Origin: Pseudorhodobacter sp.
Lineage (GTDB): Bacteria > Pseudomonadota > Alphaproteobacteria > Rhodobacterales > Rhodobacteraceae
Length of the DNA: 64,000 nucleotides
Reading direction: 5' to 3'
Assembly: GCA_031406155.1 (NCBI GenBank)
Contig: JANOGW010000049.1
Location: 582 to 64,581, forward strand
Position 1 is the stretch's first letter; the number at the start of each line of letters is the position of its first letter. The notes under the pieces are model-generated. The model did not search any database. It had not been told where the DNA came from and saw only the letters and a list, made by a program, of their open reading frames with translations. Made by a program: the position numbers and the translations under genes. Positions 18,529-27,500 of this stretch are shown piece by piece.

Positions 18529-19341
18529 ATGATGTCTGCCTTACGCAACTATGAGGTTTGGTGGTTTTTGGGCCTGATTATCGTGGCCAATGCCGTGTTT
18601 GTGTCGGGGATAGATTTTGGTATTCTGCCGGACAGACTTTATTCCTATGGGCGCTTTGCCTTGCTGGCGGGGGTGTTGGGCGGCATCGTATTGCTTGCCC
18701 GTGGCTGGGAGGGGATTGCAGATCTGTTGCGCCCGATGCTGCAATGGCAACGCTCGGTGGCATGGTATCTGTTCGCCTTTCTATGGAACCCGGTGATTTG
18801 CTTGCTAGTCCTGATGGCACTTCATACCCTGCACCCCAGCTCCATGTCGGAATTCAAGCCTAACTTTGCCATCGCATTACGGCCCGACATCATCAGAACC
18901 GTGCTCATCGGATCTTTCATCGGTGAAATCGTCTGGATCAGCTATGCAATCCGGCGTCTGTCGATCAGCTTCACCCCCTATGTTTCAGCCCTGATCGTCG
19001 GTGTTGTCTGGACGGCATGGTGGGTGCCGATGGTGTTTTACAATATCGGCATCGTGCCTGACCTGCCGATAGCAGCGCTTTTGTTCAACCAGATCGGCAT
19101 CGCTGCAATGTGCACCTTTGTTTACATGCACACCAGAAGCGGATTGCTGGTGTTGTGCCTGCAGGTAACGTTCAACTTTACGATCCTGGTGTTGCCCGTC
19201 ACCCCGGCGGTGGGCGGTTTCACCACCTATTGGACTTTTGCCGTCACCTATTTCATCGCAGCGCTGTTGCTTTTTGTGGTTTTCGGGCCAAAACCGCTGT
19301 TCACCGCACCGGTGCGCAGTGGCAGCCCGACACAGGCCTGA
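18529..19341 (+). CDS. Polytopic membrane protein, possibly a degenerate CPBP/Abi-family (CAAX-protease-like) protein
   Basis: 270 aa with ~7 hydrophobic helices. FVYMH (FxxxH-like) is followed by LQVTFNF where CPBP proteins have HxxxN, and only a single E appears in the GEIVW segment. The gene is visibly A/T-richer than its neighbours. Confidence 0.5.
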   Translation: MMSALRNYEVWWFLGLIIVANAVFVSGIDFGILPDRLYSYGRFALLAGVLGGIVLLARGWEGIADLLRPMLQWQRSVAWYLFAFLWNPVICLLVLMALHTLHPSSMSEFKPNFAIALRPDIIRTVLIGSFIGEIVWISYAIRRLSISFTPYVSALIVGVVWTAWWVPMVFYNIGIVPDLPIAALLFNQIGIAAMCTFVYMHTRSGLLVLCLQVTFNFTILVLPVTPAVGGFTTYWTFAVTYFIAALLLFVVFGPKPLFTAPVRSGSPTQA

Positions 19342-19418
19342 GCAGGCTTTTGGGGCCAGGTGCGCTTGCAGGAGTATCTCAATGAGGCACGCTGCTTGTA
19401 TCAATAGAATGAGCTGCC

Positions 19419-19600
19419 GTGCCCGCCCAAACTTCGGTGCTGCATATCCACGTTGATGATCACCTCAAAGCCAAGGCGGCGCTGGCCTTGGGAAGGGGTG
19501 GGCCTGACCCTGTAGGATGCCGTTCGCATTCTGCTTGCCCATGTAGCCGCCGACGGGGGAATGCCCGCTGGGCTAACCGCCAATCCGGATGCATATGACA
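19419..19600 (+). pseudogene. Decayed RelB/DinJ-family antitoxin gene (frameshift plus in-frame stop)
   Basis: From GTG 19419 it reads VPAQTSVLHIHVDDHLKAKAALALGRG. After a +1 shift in the G-run ~19495-19501 it reads GLTL*DAVRILLAHVAADGGMPAGLTANPDAYD, with a TAG at 19513-19515. The 3' border is approximate. Confidence 0.5.
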
Positions 19601-19888
19601 GCCGGGCCCGTTCTTCAGGGACGCTCAACTGCAATTGCCGACCTTCTGGCTACTGTCGATTACATCGCGGACGATGATCAGGCCACCGCACAAGCGTTGA
19701 GAGCCGATGTGGCTGCCAAGGCATCTTGTCTGGCTGACAGCCGCGGGCTTGCCCGTACAGGGCGGATAGACGGCAGGCGGGAAATGGTGGTGCGGCACAA
19801 CTACATTGTTTACATTGTTGTTAGCGCCGAGGATGACAGCACTTTAACCATCCTTCAGGTGCTGCACGCAGCGCAACAATGGCCATAA
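19589..19888 (+). CDS. parE: ParE/RelE-superfamily type II toxin
   Basis: 99-aa ORF with AIADLLATVDYIADDD near the N-terminus and the C-terminal LTILQVLHAAQQWP signature typical of ParE toxins. It appears uninterrupted. Confidence 0.7.
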   Translation: MHMTAGPVLQGRSTAIADLLATVDYIADDDQATAQALRADVAAKASCLADSRGLARTGRIDGRREMVVRHNYIVYIVVSAEDDSTLTILQVLHAAQQWP

Positions 19889-19979
19889 GCGCTAAAGAGC
19901 TAGTATTGCTGCCCGGACCCAAGCCATGAACCATTGCCAAGGCCCGTGGACGCAGCGATAGCCCGCCTTAATATTGTCG

Positions 19980-20050
19980 CCTTGGTGCGTTTCTAAAACC
20001 TACTCCTTTTACCTTGGTTCAGTAGGCTCTATTGGTCTTCCTTGGTGCGT
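19980..20050. promoter_or_regulatory. Candidate operator/promoter repeats: CCTTGGTGCGT x2 plus a CCTTGGT half copy
   Basis: Perfect 11-mers at 19980-19990 and 20040-20050, 60 bp apart, with CCTTGGT at 20012-20018. The last copy ends 24 nt before ATG 20074. Confidence 0.4.
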
Positions 20051-20073
20051 CCTCTCAGTCCAGAAGTGTTGCA

Positions 20074-23000
20074 ATGAAGTCCATATTTTGCGGGAACGGA
20101 TCGCTTCTCATTCAATGTGCAGAGGCGTTTTTGCAGGCTGGCGGGCAGCTGCTTGGCGTGATCACTGCCGATGCGCAGATCGCGGCCTGGGCGGCGGCGC
20201 AGGGTATACCGCATCTCGGGCCGCCTGAGGCGCCCGATCTGGATGGCGTCCACTTTGACTGGCTGTTTTCTGTCGCCAACCTGACGGTTCTGCCAGCGGC
20301 GCTGATTGCAAAGGCCACGCGGGGGGCGATCAACTTTCATGACGGTCCGTTGCCCGAGCGCGCCGGTCTGAACGTGCCGGTCTGGGCGATACTGGACGGG
20401 GCTACGACCCACGCCATCACCTGGCATGACATGCTGGCGGCGGTGGATGCGGGCGCTGCCCTGAAGGTGCGAACGTTTGATATTCGGGATACCGACACCG
20501 CCTTCAGTCTGAACGCCAGTTGCTACGAGGCGGGGTTGGACAGTTTCCGCGACCTGCTGGCCGAGATGCAGGCGGGCCAGGTGGTACGCCAGCCCCTGAC
20601 CGGCCCTCGCGGCTGGTACGGTCGTGCCAAGCGGCCCGAGGCGCTGGCGACATTGAATTTCAGCCACACCATGGCGGGTCTGGACCGGGTGATGCGGGCG
20701 CTTGATTTTGGCGGTTATGCCAACCCGCTGGCTATCCCGAAACTATGGACCGGGCAGGCGCTGTTGGCGGTTGCGCGGCTGGACATGGTGCCGGGTATGC
20801 CGGGGCCTGCAGGGCAGGTGCTGCGGGTTGACGGCGCTGGCCTGCTGGTCGGCACCGCCGATGGTGCAGTGCGGCTGTCCGGGCTGATGGATATGGCTGG
20901 CCGGGCGGTGGATGTGGCGACCCTTGGTCTTGCGCGCGGGCAGACCCTGCCTGAAATCCCGACAACAGATACAACAGCCATCGGCAAGGCCGAACCTGTC
21001 TGGGAAGCAGCTCTGCTGGCTGCCACCCCCGCCATACCACCCTATCCGGTGGAGCATGCCGCAGGCCATGGCACCGTGTCCGCCCCGTTCGATGCGCATG
21101 GTGCCAGCCAAGACACCGTGCTCGCCGCCTATATGGCGTGGGTGTGCGGGCTGACCGGGCAGGATCATGCAACGATTGCCCTGAAGGGCCCGGAGCCAAC
21201 CGCGCCCTATCTATCCGCGCTGCGCCCGATCAGCTTGGGCGTGGATGCGGCAGCCATCCCGCGCAGCCTGACGGCCATGTTGGCCACAACCCGTGATGCC
21301 GCCCTTGGCCTGGCCCCGATGGCCGCCGATCTGGCCTTGCGCATTGCCCATCCGGAAACCCGCGCCCACGCCCTGCGGGCGTTAAGCGTCGTCCACGCCG
21401 GGAATAACGGTGATGATGCCCTGGCCTTGGGCAGTGCCGATCTGGCAATAGCCGCTGACCCCACTCGCCTGATCACCCGGACAGGGGTTTTCGCCCCGGC
21501 GACACTGCAAGCCATGGCAGCGGCGTTTGAGGCCTATCTTGCCGCCTTCACCGCCGCCCCTGATACGCCCCTTGCCGACCTGCCACTCGGGACGGGTACA
21601 GTATTGCAAGGGCCAGCCCTGCCGATTTCCCCCTCGCGCATCCATGAGGCGATTGCCGCCATGGCGGCCAGAACCCCCGACGCCCCGGCGCTGGAGGCGG
21701 GGTCAGTCCGGCTGAGTTATGCCGAGCTGGATGCACGCGTCAATGATCTGGCGGGGGCGCTGGTCGCACGCGGTGCCGGCCCCGGCAAGGTTGTCGGCCT
21801 GTGTCTGGAACGATCTGCCGATCTGATCATCGCGATGCTGGCGATCCTGAAAACCGGGGCTGCCTATCTGCCGCTGGACCCCGCCTATCCGGTGGACCGG
21901 CTGACCTATATGGTGGAAGACGCTGGTGCGCCTTTGATCGTGGCCAGCCGCAAGGCGGCGGCTGATCTGGGTCTGGACCCCAGCAAAGTGGTATTCCCCG
22001 ATGCAACCGGAGCATTGCCCGCCAACCTGACCGGCAGCCCTGATGATCTGGCCTATCTGATCTATACCTCCGGCTCCACCGGCAGGCCGAAGGGCGTGAT
22101 GATCCCGCACCGCGCGGTCAGCAATTTCTTTGTCGGCATGGACGCGGTGGTGCCTTTGGAACCCGGCGCGCGACTGCTGGCGGTGACATCGGTGTCGTTC
22201 GACATCTCGGTGCTGGAAATTCTGTGGGTCTTGGCGCGCGGGGCGACGCTGGTCTTGCAGACCGACGGGCCGCAAACAGGCACCATGCCCGATTTCTCGC
22301 TGTTCTATTTCTCGTCCGAGGCGTCAGGCAGCGGGCATCATGCCTACCGGCTGCTGCTGGAAGGGGCGAAGTTCGCCGATGCCAATGGCTTTGCCGCGAT
22401 CTGGACGCCGGAACGGCATTTCCATGCTTTTGGCGGGTTATATCCCAATCCCGCAATCAGTTCGGCAGCACTGGCGGGCATCACCAAGAATGTAAAACTG
22501 CGGGCGGGATCGTCCGTCGCACCGTTGCACCACCCGGTGCAAGTGGCCGAAGATTGGGCGCTGGTCGATAACCTGTCGAACGGGCGGGCCGGCATGGCGA
22601 TTGCGTCGGGCTGGCAGCCCAATGATTTCGTGCTGCGGCCTGAGGCGTTTGCCAAGCGCAAGGATATCATGCTGGAGACAGTCACCACCCTGCGCCGCCT
22701 GTGGGCGGGGGAATCCCTGCCGTTCCCCGGCCCGGATGGCAAGCCGGTGATGGTGGAAATTCACCCCAAACCGATGCAAAAGCCCATTCCTTTGTGGCTG
22801 ACAGCCGCAGGCAACCCCGAAACCTTTGCCGCCGCCGCGCGTCTTGGCTGCGGGGTACTGACGCACCTTCTGGGCCAGACCTTCGAGGAAGTGGAAACCA
22901 AGATCGCCGCCTACCGCGCGGCATGGCGGGCCGCGGGCCATGCCGGCCAAGGCCATGTCGTGCTGATGCTGCATACCTTTGTGGGCCAGGATGAGGAACA

Positions 23001-24507
23001 AGTGCGCAGCGTCGCGCGCGGGCCGATGAAAGGCTATCTGAAAAGTGCCGTCGATCTGGTGCGCCGCGCTGCCTGGACCTTCCCGACGATTGTGAACCGC
23101 GCCGATAGTGCCGGGGTAACGCCGCAGGAAATGTTCGAGAAAGAGGCGCTGTCACCGCAAGATCTGGATCAGTTGCTCGATCACGCGTTTGAGCGGTATT
23201 ACCAGACCTCGGGTCTGTTCGGCACGCCGGACTCGGCGAAAGACATCGTGCGCCGGGTGACGGAAATTGGCGTCGATGAAGTGGCCTGCCTGATCGATTT
23301 TGGCATTGATACCGATCTGGTACTGGAAAACCTGCCCAATATCAAAGCCTTGATGGATGGTTTGCAGGCAGAGGGCGGCGTTGCCCGCAAGGTCAGCGTG
23401 GCCGATGATGTGGTCATCAAGGCGATTACGCATCTGCAATGCACGCCCTCGATGGCAACGTTTCTGCCCGGCACCGGGGCTTTGGCGCAACTCGATTGCC
23501 TGATGGTGGGCGGTGAGGCGTTTCCGCCCGATCTGGCGGCAGAGATGCGCGCAGGCCTGAAGGGGCGGCTGCTGAATATGTATGGGCCGACCGAAACCAC
23601 GATCTGGTCATCGGTGGCAAACCTTGATGCGGTGGGGGATAAAATCCCGCTGGGCGCACCGATTGCCAATACTGTGCTATCGGTACGATCCCCCGATGGC
23701 CGTGCCGTGCCCAACATGGTCGAAGGCGAGTTGTGGATTGGCGGGGCAGGGGTGGCGGATGGCTATTGGCAGCGCCCCGATCTGACTGCCGAGCGCTTTG
23801 TAATGGCGGATGGCATGCGGTTCTACCGCACGGGTGATCTGGTGCGCCGCGCGTCGGGTGGCACGCTGGAATTTCTGGGCCGCATCGACAACCAAGTGAA
23901 AATCCGCGGCCACCGGATTGAGCTGGGCGAGATTGAAGCCGCCTTGCGTGCCACTGATGGCATCCGTGACGGCGTGGTGCATCCTGTCACCTTTGGCCCC
24001 GGCGATGTGCGGCTGATCGGCTATGTCACCGGCAAAGGCACCGACCCTGTGGCCTTGCGCGCCAAACTGGCCGAAACCCTGCCCGAGATCATGGTCCCTG
24101 CGCAGATCGTCGTGCTGGACCGCATGCCGCTGACGCCGAATGGCAAGATCGACCGCAAGGCGCTGCCGAAACCGCTGGCCGAGGCCGCCGCGGATGTGGT
24201 TGCCGCCGCCGATGATACCGAAGCCACCATTGCCGGCATCTGGGCCGCGGCTTTGGGGGTGAAAACAGTCTCTACCACTGCCAATTTCTTTGATCTGGGC
24301 GGCCATTCGCTGCTGGTGGTGCAAGTGCAACGCCAGATGCGCGATGCGCTGTCGCGTGACATCGCGATTACCGATATCTTCCGCTTCCCAACTGTACGCG
24401 CACTTGCCGCTCATCTGGGCGATACAGGGGCAGAGGGCCGCCCTGATGCCGCCAGTCGCGGTGTTGCAAGGGCCGCAGCACGACTAGCGCGAATGGGGCG
24501 GCGGTGA
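20074..24507 (+). CDS. NRPS module: formyltransferase-like domain, partial C-like region, A domain interrupted by a luciferase-like monooxygenase, T
   Basis: Start taken at ATG 20074 (MKSIFCGNG). Fmt-fold motif NFHDGPLPERAG (20332-20367) plus VDAG. A ~190-aa stretch (~21050-21620) resembles only the C-terminal half of a C domain and has no HHxxxDG. A cores are YTSGSTGRPKG (~22066) and FDISVLE. The LLM insert follows (~22285-23360), then NMYGPTE (~23575) and GRIDNQVKIRG. T has GGHSL (~24300). Confidence 0.9.
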   Translation: MKSIFCGNGSLLIQCAEAFLQAGGQLLGVITADAQIAAWAAAQGIPHLGPPEAPDLDGVHFDWLFSVANLTVLPAALIAKATRGAINFHDGPLPERAGLNVPVWAILDGATTHAITWHDMLAAVDAGAALKVRTFDIRDTDTAFSLNASCYEAGLDSFRDLLAEMQAGQVVRQPLTGPRGWYGRAKRPEALATLNFSHTMAGLDRVMRALDFGGYANPLAIPKLWTGQALLAVARLDMVPGMPGPAGQVLRVDGAGLLVGTADGAVRLSGLMDMAGRAVDVATLGLARGQTLPEIPTTDTTAIGKAEPVWEAALLAATPAIPPYPVEHAAGHGTVSAPFDAHGASQDTVLAAYMAWVCGLTGQDHATIALKGPEPTAPYLSALRPISLGVDAAAIPRSLTAMLATTRDAALGLAPMAADLALRIAHPETRAHALRALSVVHAGNNGDDALALGSADLAIAADPTRLITRTGVFAPATLQAMAAAFEAYLAAFTAAPDTPLADLPLGTGTVLQGPALPISPSRIHEAIAAMAARTPDAPALEAGSVRLSYAELDARVNDLAGALVARGAGPGKVVGLCLERSADLIIAMLAILKTGAAYLPLDPAYPVDRLTYMVEDAGAPLIVASRKAAADLGLDPSKVVFPDATGALPANLTGSPDDLAYLIYTSGSTGRPKGVMIPHRAVSNFFVGMDAVVPLEPGARLLAVTSVSFDISVLEILWVLARGATLVLQTDGPQTGTMPDFSLFYFSSEASGSGHHAYRLLLEGAKFADANGFAAIWTPERHFHAFGGLYPNPAISSAALAGITKNVKLRAGSSVAPLHHPVQVAEDWALVDNLSNGRAGMAIASGWQPNDFVLRPEAFAKRKDIMLETVTTLRRLWAGESLPFPGPDGKPVMVEIHPKPMQKPIPLWLTAAGNPETFAAAARLGCGVLTHLLGQTFEEVETKIAAYRAAWRAAGHAGQGHVVLMLHTFVGQDEEQVRSVARGPMKGYLKSAVDLVRRAAWTFPTIVNRADSAGVTPQEMFEKEALSPQDLDQLLDHAFERYYQTSGLFGTPDSAKDIVRRVTEIGVDEVACLIDFGIDTDLVLENLPNIKALMDGLQAEGGVARKVSVADDVVIKAITHLQCTPSMATFLPGTGALAQLDCLMVGGEAFPPDLAAEMRAGLKGRLLNMYGPTETTIWSSVANLDAVGDKIPLGAPIANTVLSVRSPDGRAVPNMVEGELWIGGAGVADGYWQRPDLTAERFVMADGMRFYRTGDLVRRASGGTLEFLGRIDNQVKIRGHRIELGEIEAALRATDGIRDGVVHPVTFGPGDVRLIGYVTGKGTDPVALRAKLAETLPEIMVPAQIVVLDRMPLTPNGKIDRKALPKPLAEAAADVVAAADDTEATIAGIWAAALGVKTVSTTANFFDLGGHSLLVVQVQRQMRDALSRDIAITDIFRFPTVRALAAHLGDTGAEGRPDAASRGVARAAARLARMGRR
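22285..23360 (+). other. Luciferase-like FMN monooxygenase (MOx/LLM) domain inserted between A-domain cores A4 and A5 (approximate borders)
   Basis: FSLFYFSSE...YRLLLEGAKFADANGFAAIWTPERHF...LRAGSSVAPLHHPV...GRAGMAIASGW is typical of the LLM fold. It sits between FDISVLE (A4) and NMYGPTE (A5). Confidence 0.8.
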
Positions 24508-24548
24508 TACGCAATGAAGATACAGCACCAAGGTATTAAGACCTGTCG

Positions 24549-27500
24549 ATGAGTGACGATTTTACAGACACTGGGGCGCCCGACAACCGCATCGCCATCA
24601 TCGGCCGTGCCGGGCGTTTTCCCGCCGCGCGCAATGTGGCCGAGTATTGGGATATGCTGCAATCGGGGCGGCGGGCGGCGTCGAAATTAAACGAGGCTGA
24701 CCTATTGGCGGCGGGCGTCAGCCGCAAAATGCTGGCCGACCCGACCTATGTGCGCGAAGCCAATATCCTGCCCGATATGGAATGCTTTGATGCGGGCTTC
24801 TTTGGCTTTTCGCCACGCGAAGCCTCGATCCTCGACCCCCAGCACCGGCACTTTCTGGAAACCGCGTGGGAGGCGTTTGAGGACGCAGGCCACATGCCCG
24901 AAAACTTTGATGGCCGAATCGGGGTTTATGCAGGATCAGGCATGCAGGCCTATTTGCCGTTCAACCTGCTGTCGAACCCTGCGCTGGTTGAAGAAATCGG
25001 CCTGTTCCTGCTGCGCCACACGGGCAATGACAAGGATTTTCTCACCACCCGGCTGTCGTACCTCATGAACCTGACTGGCCCGTCGGTGGCCGTGCAAACC
25101 GCCTGTTCCACCTCGCTTGTCGCCGTGCATATGGCCGTCAATTCGCTGCTGAACATGGAATGCGAAATGGCGATTGCGGGGGGCGTCACCATCGAGCTGC
25201 CGCACCGCGTCGGCTACCGCTTTGCCGAAGGTGAGATCCTGTCGCCCGATGGTCTGTGCCGGGCGTTTGATGACGAAAGCCAAGGCACCGTGTTCGGGTC
25301 TGGCGCCGCCCTTGTGGTGCTGCGTCGTTACGCCGATGCGGTTGCTGACGGCGATGATATCAAGGCGGTGATCCTTGGCACGGCCATCAACAACGACGGC
25401 GCGGGCAAGGCAAGCTATCTGGCCCCGTCCGTCGATGGCCAGGCCGAAGCGGCAGCCGAAGCTGTGGCGCTGGCAGGTGTGACGCCGCAATCCATCAGCT
25501 ATATCGAAGCACATGGCACCGGCACGCCGATCGGCGATCCGATCGAACTGGCCGCCCTGCAGCAGGTCTATGGCAAGGCCCCGAAAGGCAGCATCGGCAT
25601 CGGGTCGGTGAAAACCAATATCGGGCATCTGGATACTGCCGCTGGCGGTGCCAGCCTGATCAAGGTGATCGAGGCGATGCGGCACAAGCATCTGCCTGCC
25701 AGCCTGAATTTCAAGACCCCTAACAGCCGCTTTGATTTTGCCAAAAGCCCGTTCGAAGTGGTGTCCAAAGGTCGTGATTGGCCTGCAGGCCCCACCCCAC
25801 GCCGTGCTGCGGTTAATTCGCTGGGTGTCGGCGGTACCAATGCGCATGTGATTGTCGAAGAAGCGCCCGCGCGCGCCAAAACTAACAGCACCGACGGCTG
25901 GAGGGTCTTCCCGTTCTCGGCCAAGACACCATCTGCACTGGCCCGCACAGGTGACAAATGGGCGCCGTTCCTGGCCTCTGATACGCCCGATCCTGCCGAC
26001 ATCGCCTTCACTCTGCGGACTGGACGCCGGGCGTTTCCCGAACGTATGGCCGTTGCCGCACGTGGCCCCGATGATCTGGCCGCAGCGCTTACCGCCAAAG
26101 CCTCGGCCTATCTGCAAAAGGGCAAGGCTGGGGCCACACCCCCCAGCATCGTATTCCTGTTCCCCGGTGGTGGTGCGCAATATCCCGGTGCCGGGGCTGG
26201 CATGCTGGCGCAGTCCCCCGCCTTTGCCAAAGCGGTGGCCGATTGCTTTGCGGCGCTACCCAAAGACGCCCCCGCCGATCTGCACGAGGTGATGTTCGCC
26301 CGCACGCTGGAAGATGCCGAGGCGCGCGGCAAACTGGGGCAGTCCGGCTATGCCATCCCGGCGCTGTTCATTCTGGAATATGCTTACGCCAAGCATTGGC
26401 AAAGCTGGGGCATCACCCCCGATGCGATCCTTGCCCATAGTGTCGGCGAATATGCGGGCGCTGTCACGGCGGGTGCGATGAACCTGTCGGATGCGCTGCG
26501 CATCGTCACCCTGCGCGGTCAGGTGATGGATGCCGCGCCAGCGGGTGCGATGACCACTGTGCCGAAATGCGCGCCAGCCGTGCAGGAAATGCTGGGCGAG
26601 CACTTGGACATCGCCGCCATCAACATGGCCGAGGCAACCGTTGTGTCCGGCCCCTTGGCCGTGATCGAGGCGCTAGAGGCACGGCTGGCAGATACTGATC
26701 ACGCCGCACGCCGCATTCATATTGATGTGGCAGCACACTCGCGCCAGTTGGACGGGCAGTTGGACCGGTTCCGCGCCGGATTTGACGGCGTGCGCTTTGG
26801 CAAACTGACAGTGCCGATGGTGTCGTCCTTGCGCGGTGACTGGGCGCAGGATGATGACATTACCTCGGCTGACTACTGGGTGCGCCATCTGCGCCATACC
26901 GTGCGCTTTACCGATGCCATCGCGGCCACCTTTGCGACCGACAACCGGATCGTGATCGAAGTCGGTCCCGGCCAGACGCTTGGGCCGCTGGTCGATATGG
27001 CAAGTCTGACCCATCGCCCGGTGGCGATCCTGCCCTCAGCCCCGCGTCCGCGCGATGGAACGGATGAAATGGGCGTTGTCAGTGCCGCTTTTGGTGGGCT
27101 TTGGGCCAACGGCGTGCCCGTGGATTGGGCTCTGCTGCACGGTGCCGAGGGCCAGCGCGTATCGCTGCCTACCTATGCCTTTGAAAAAGAGCGGCACTGG
27201 GTGGAACCCGGTCGCGGCGCTGTGTCCGAAGACGCAGCAGAAGCGACCCCTGATCTGACCCGGATCCCGGATATGGCGGATTGGGTCGAAGTGCTGGACT
27301 GGGATATCGCAGCACGGTCCGGGGCAAGCCCTGATCTGCGCGGCAATTGGTTGGTTCTGGCAGGCGCGGAGGCGTTGTCATCCGCTGTATTGGCCAGGTT
27401 GGAGCGCGCCGGAGCATCAGTGACCGTGCTGCGTGCGGGCGCTGGTTTTTCGGCCACATCTGACGGCTTTACCCTGCGCCCCGATGCCACCGAAGATTTT

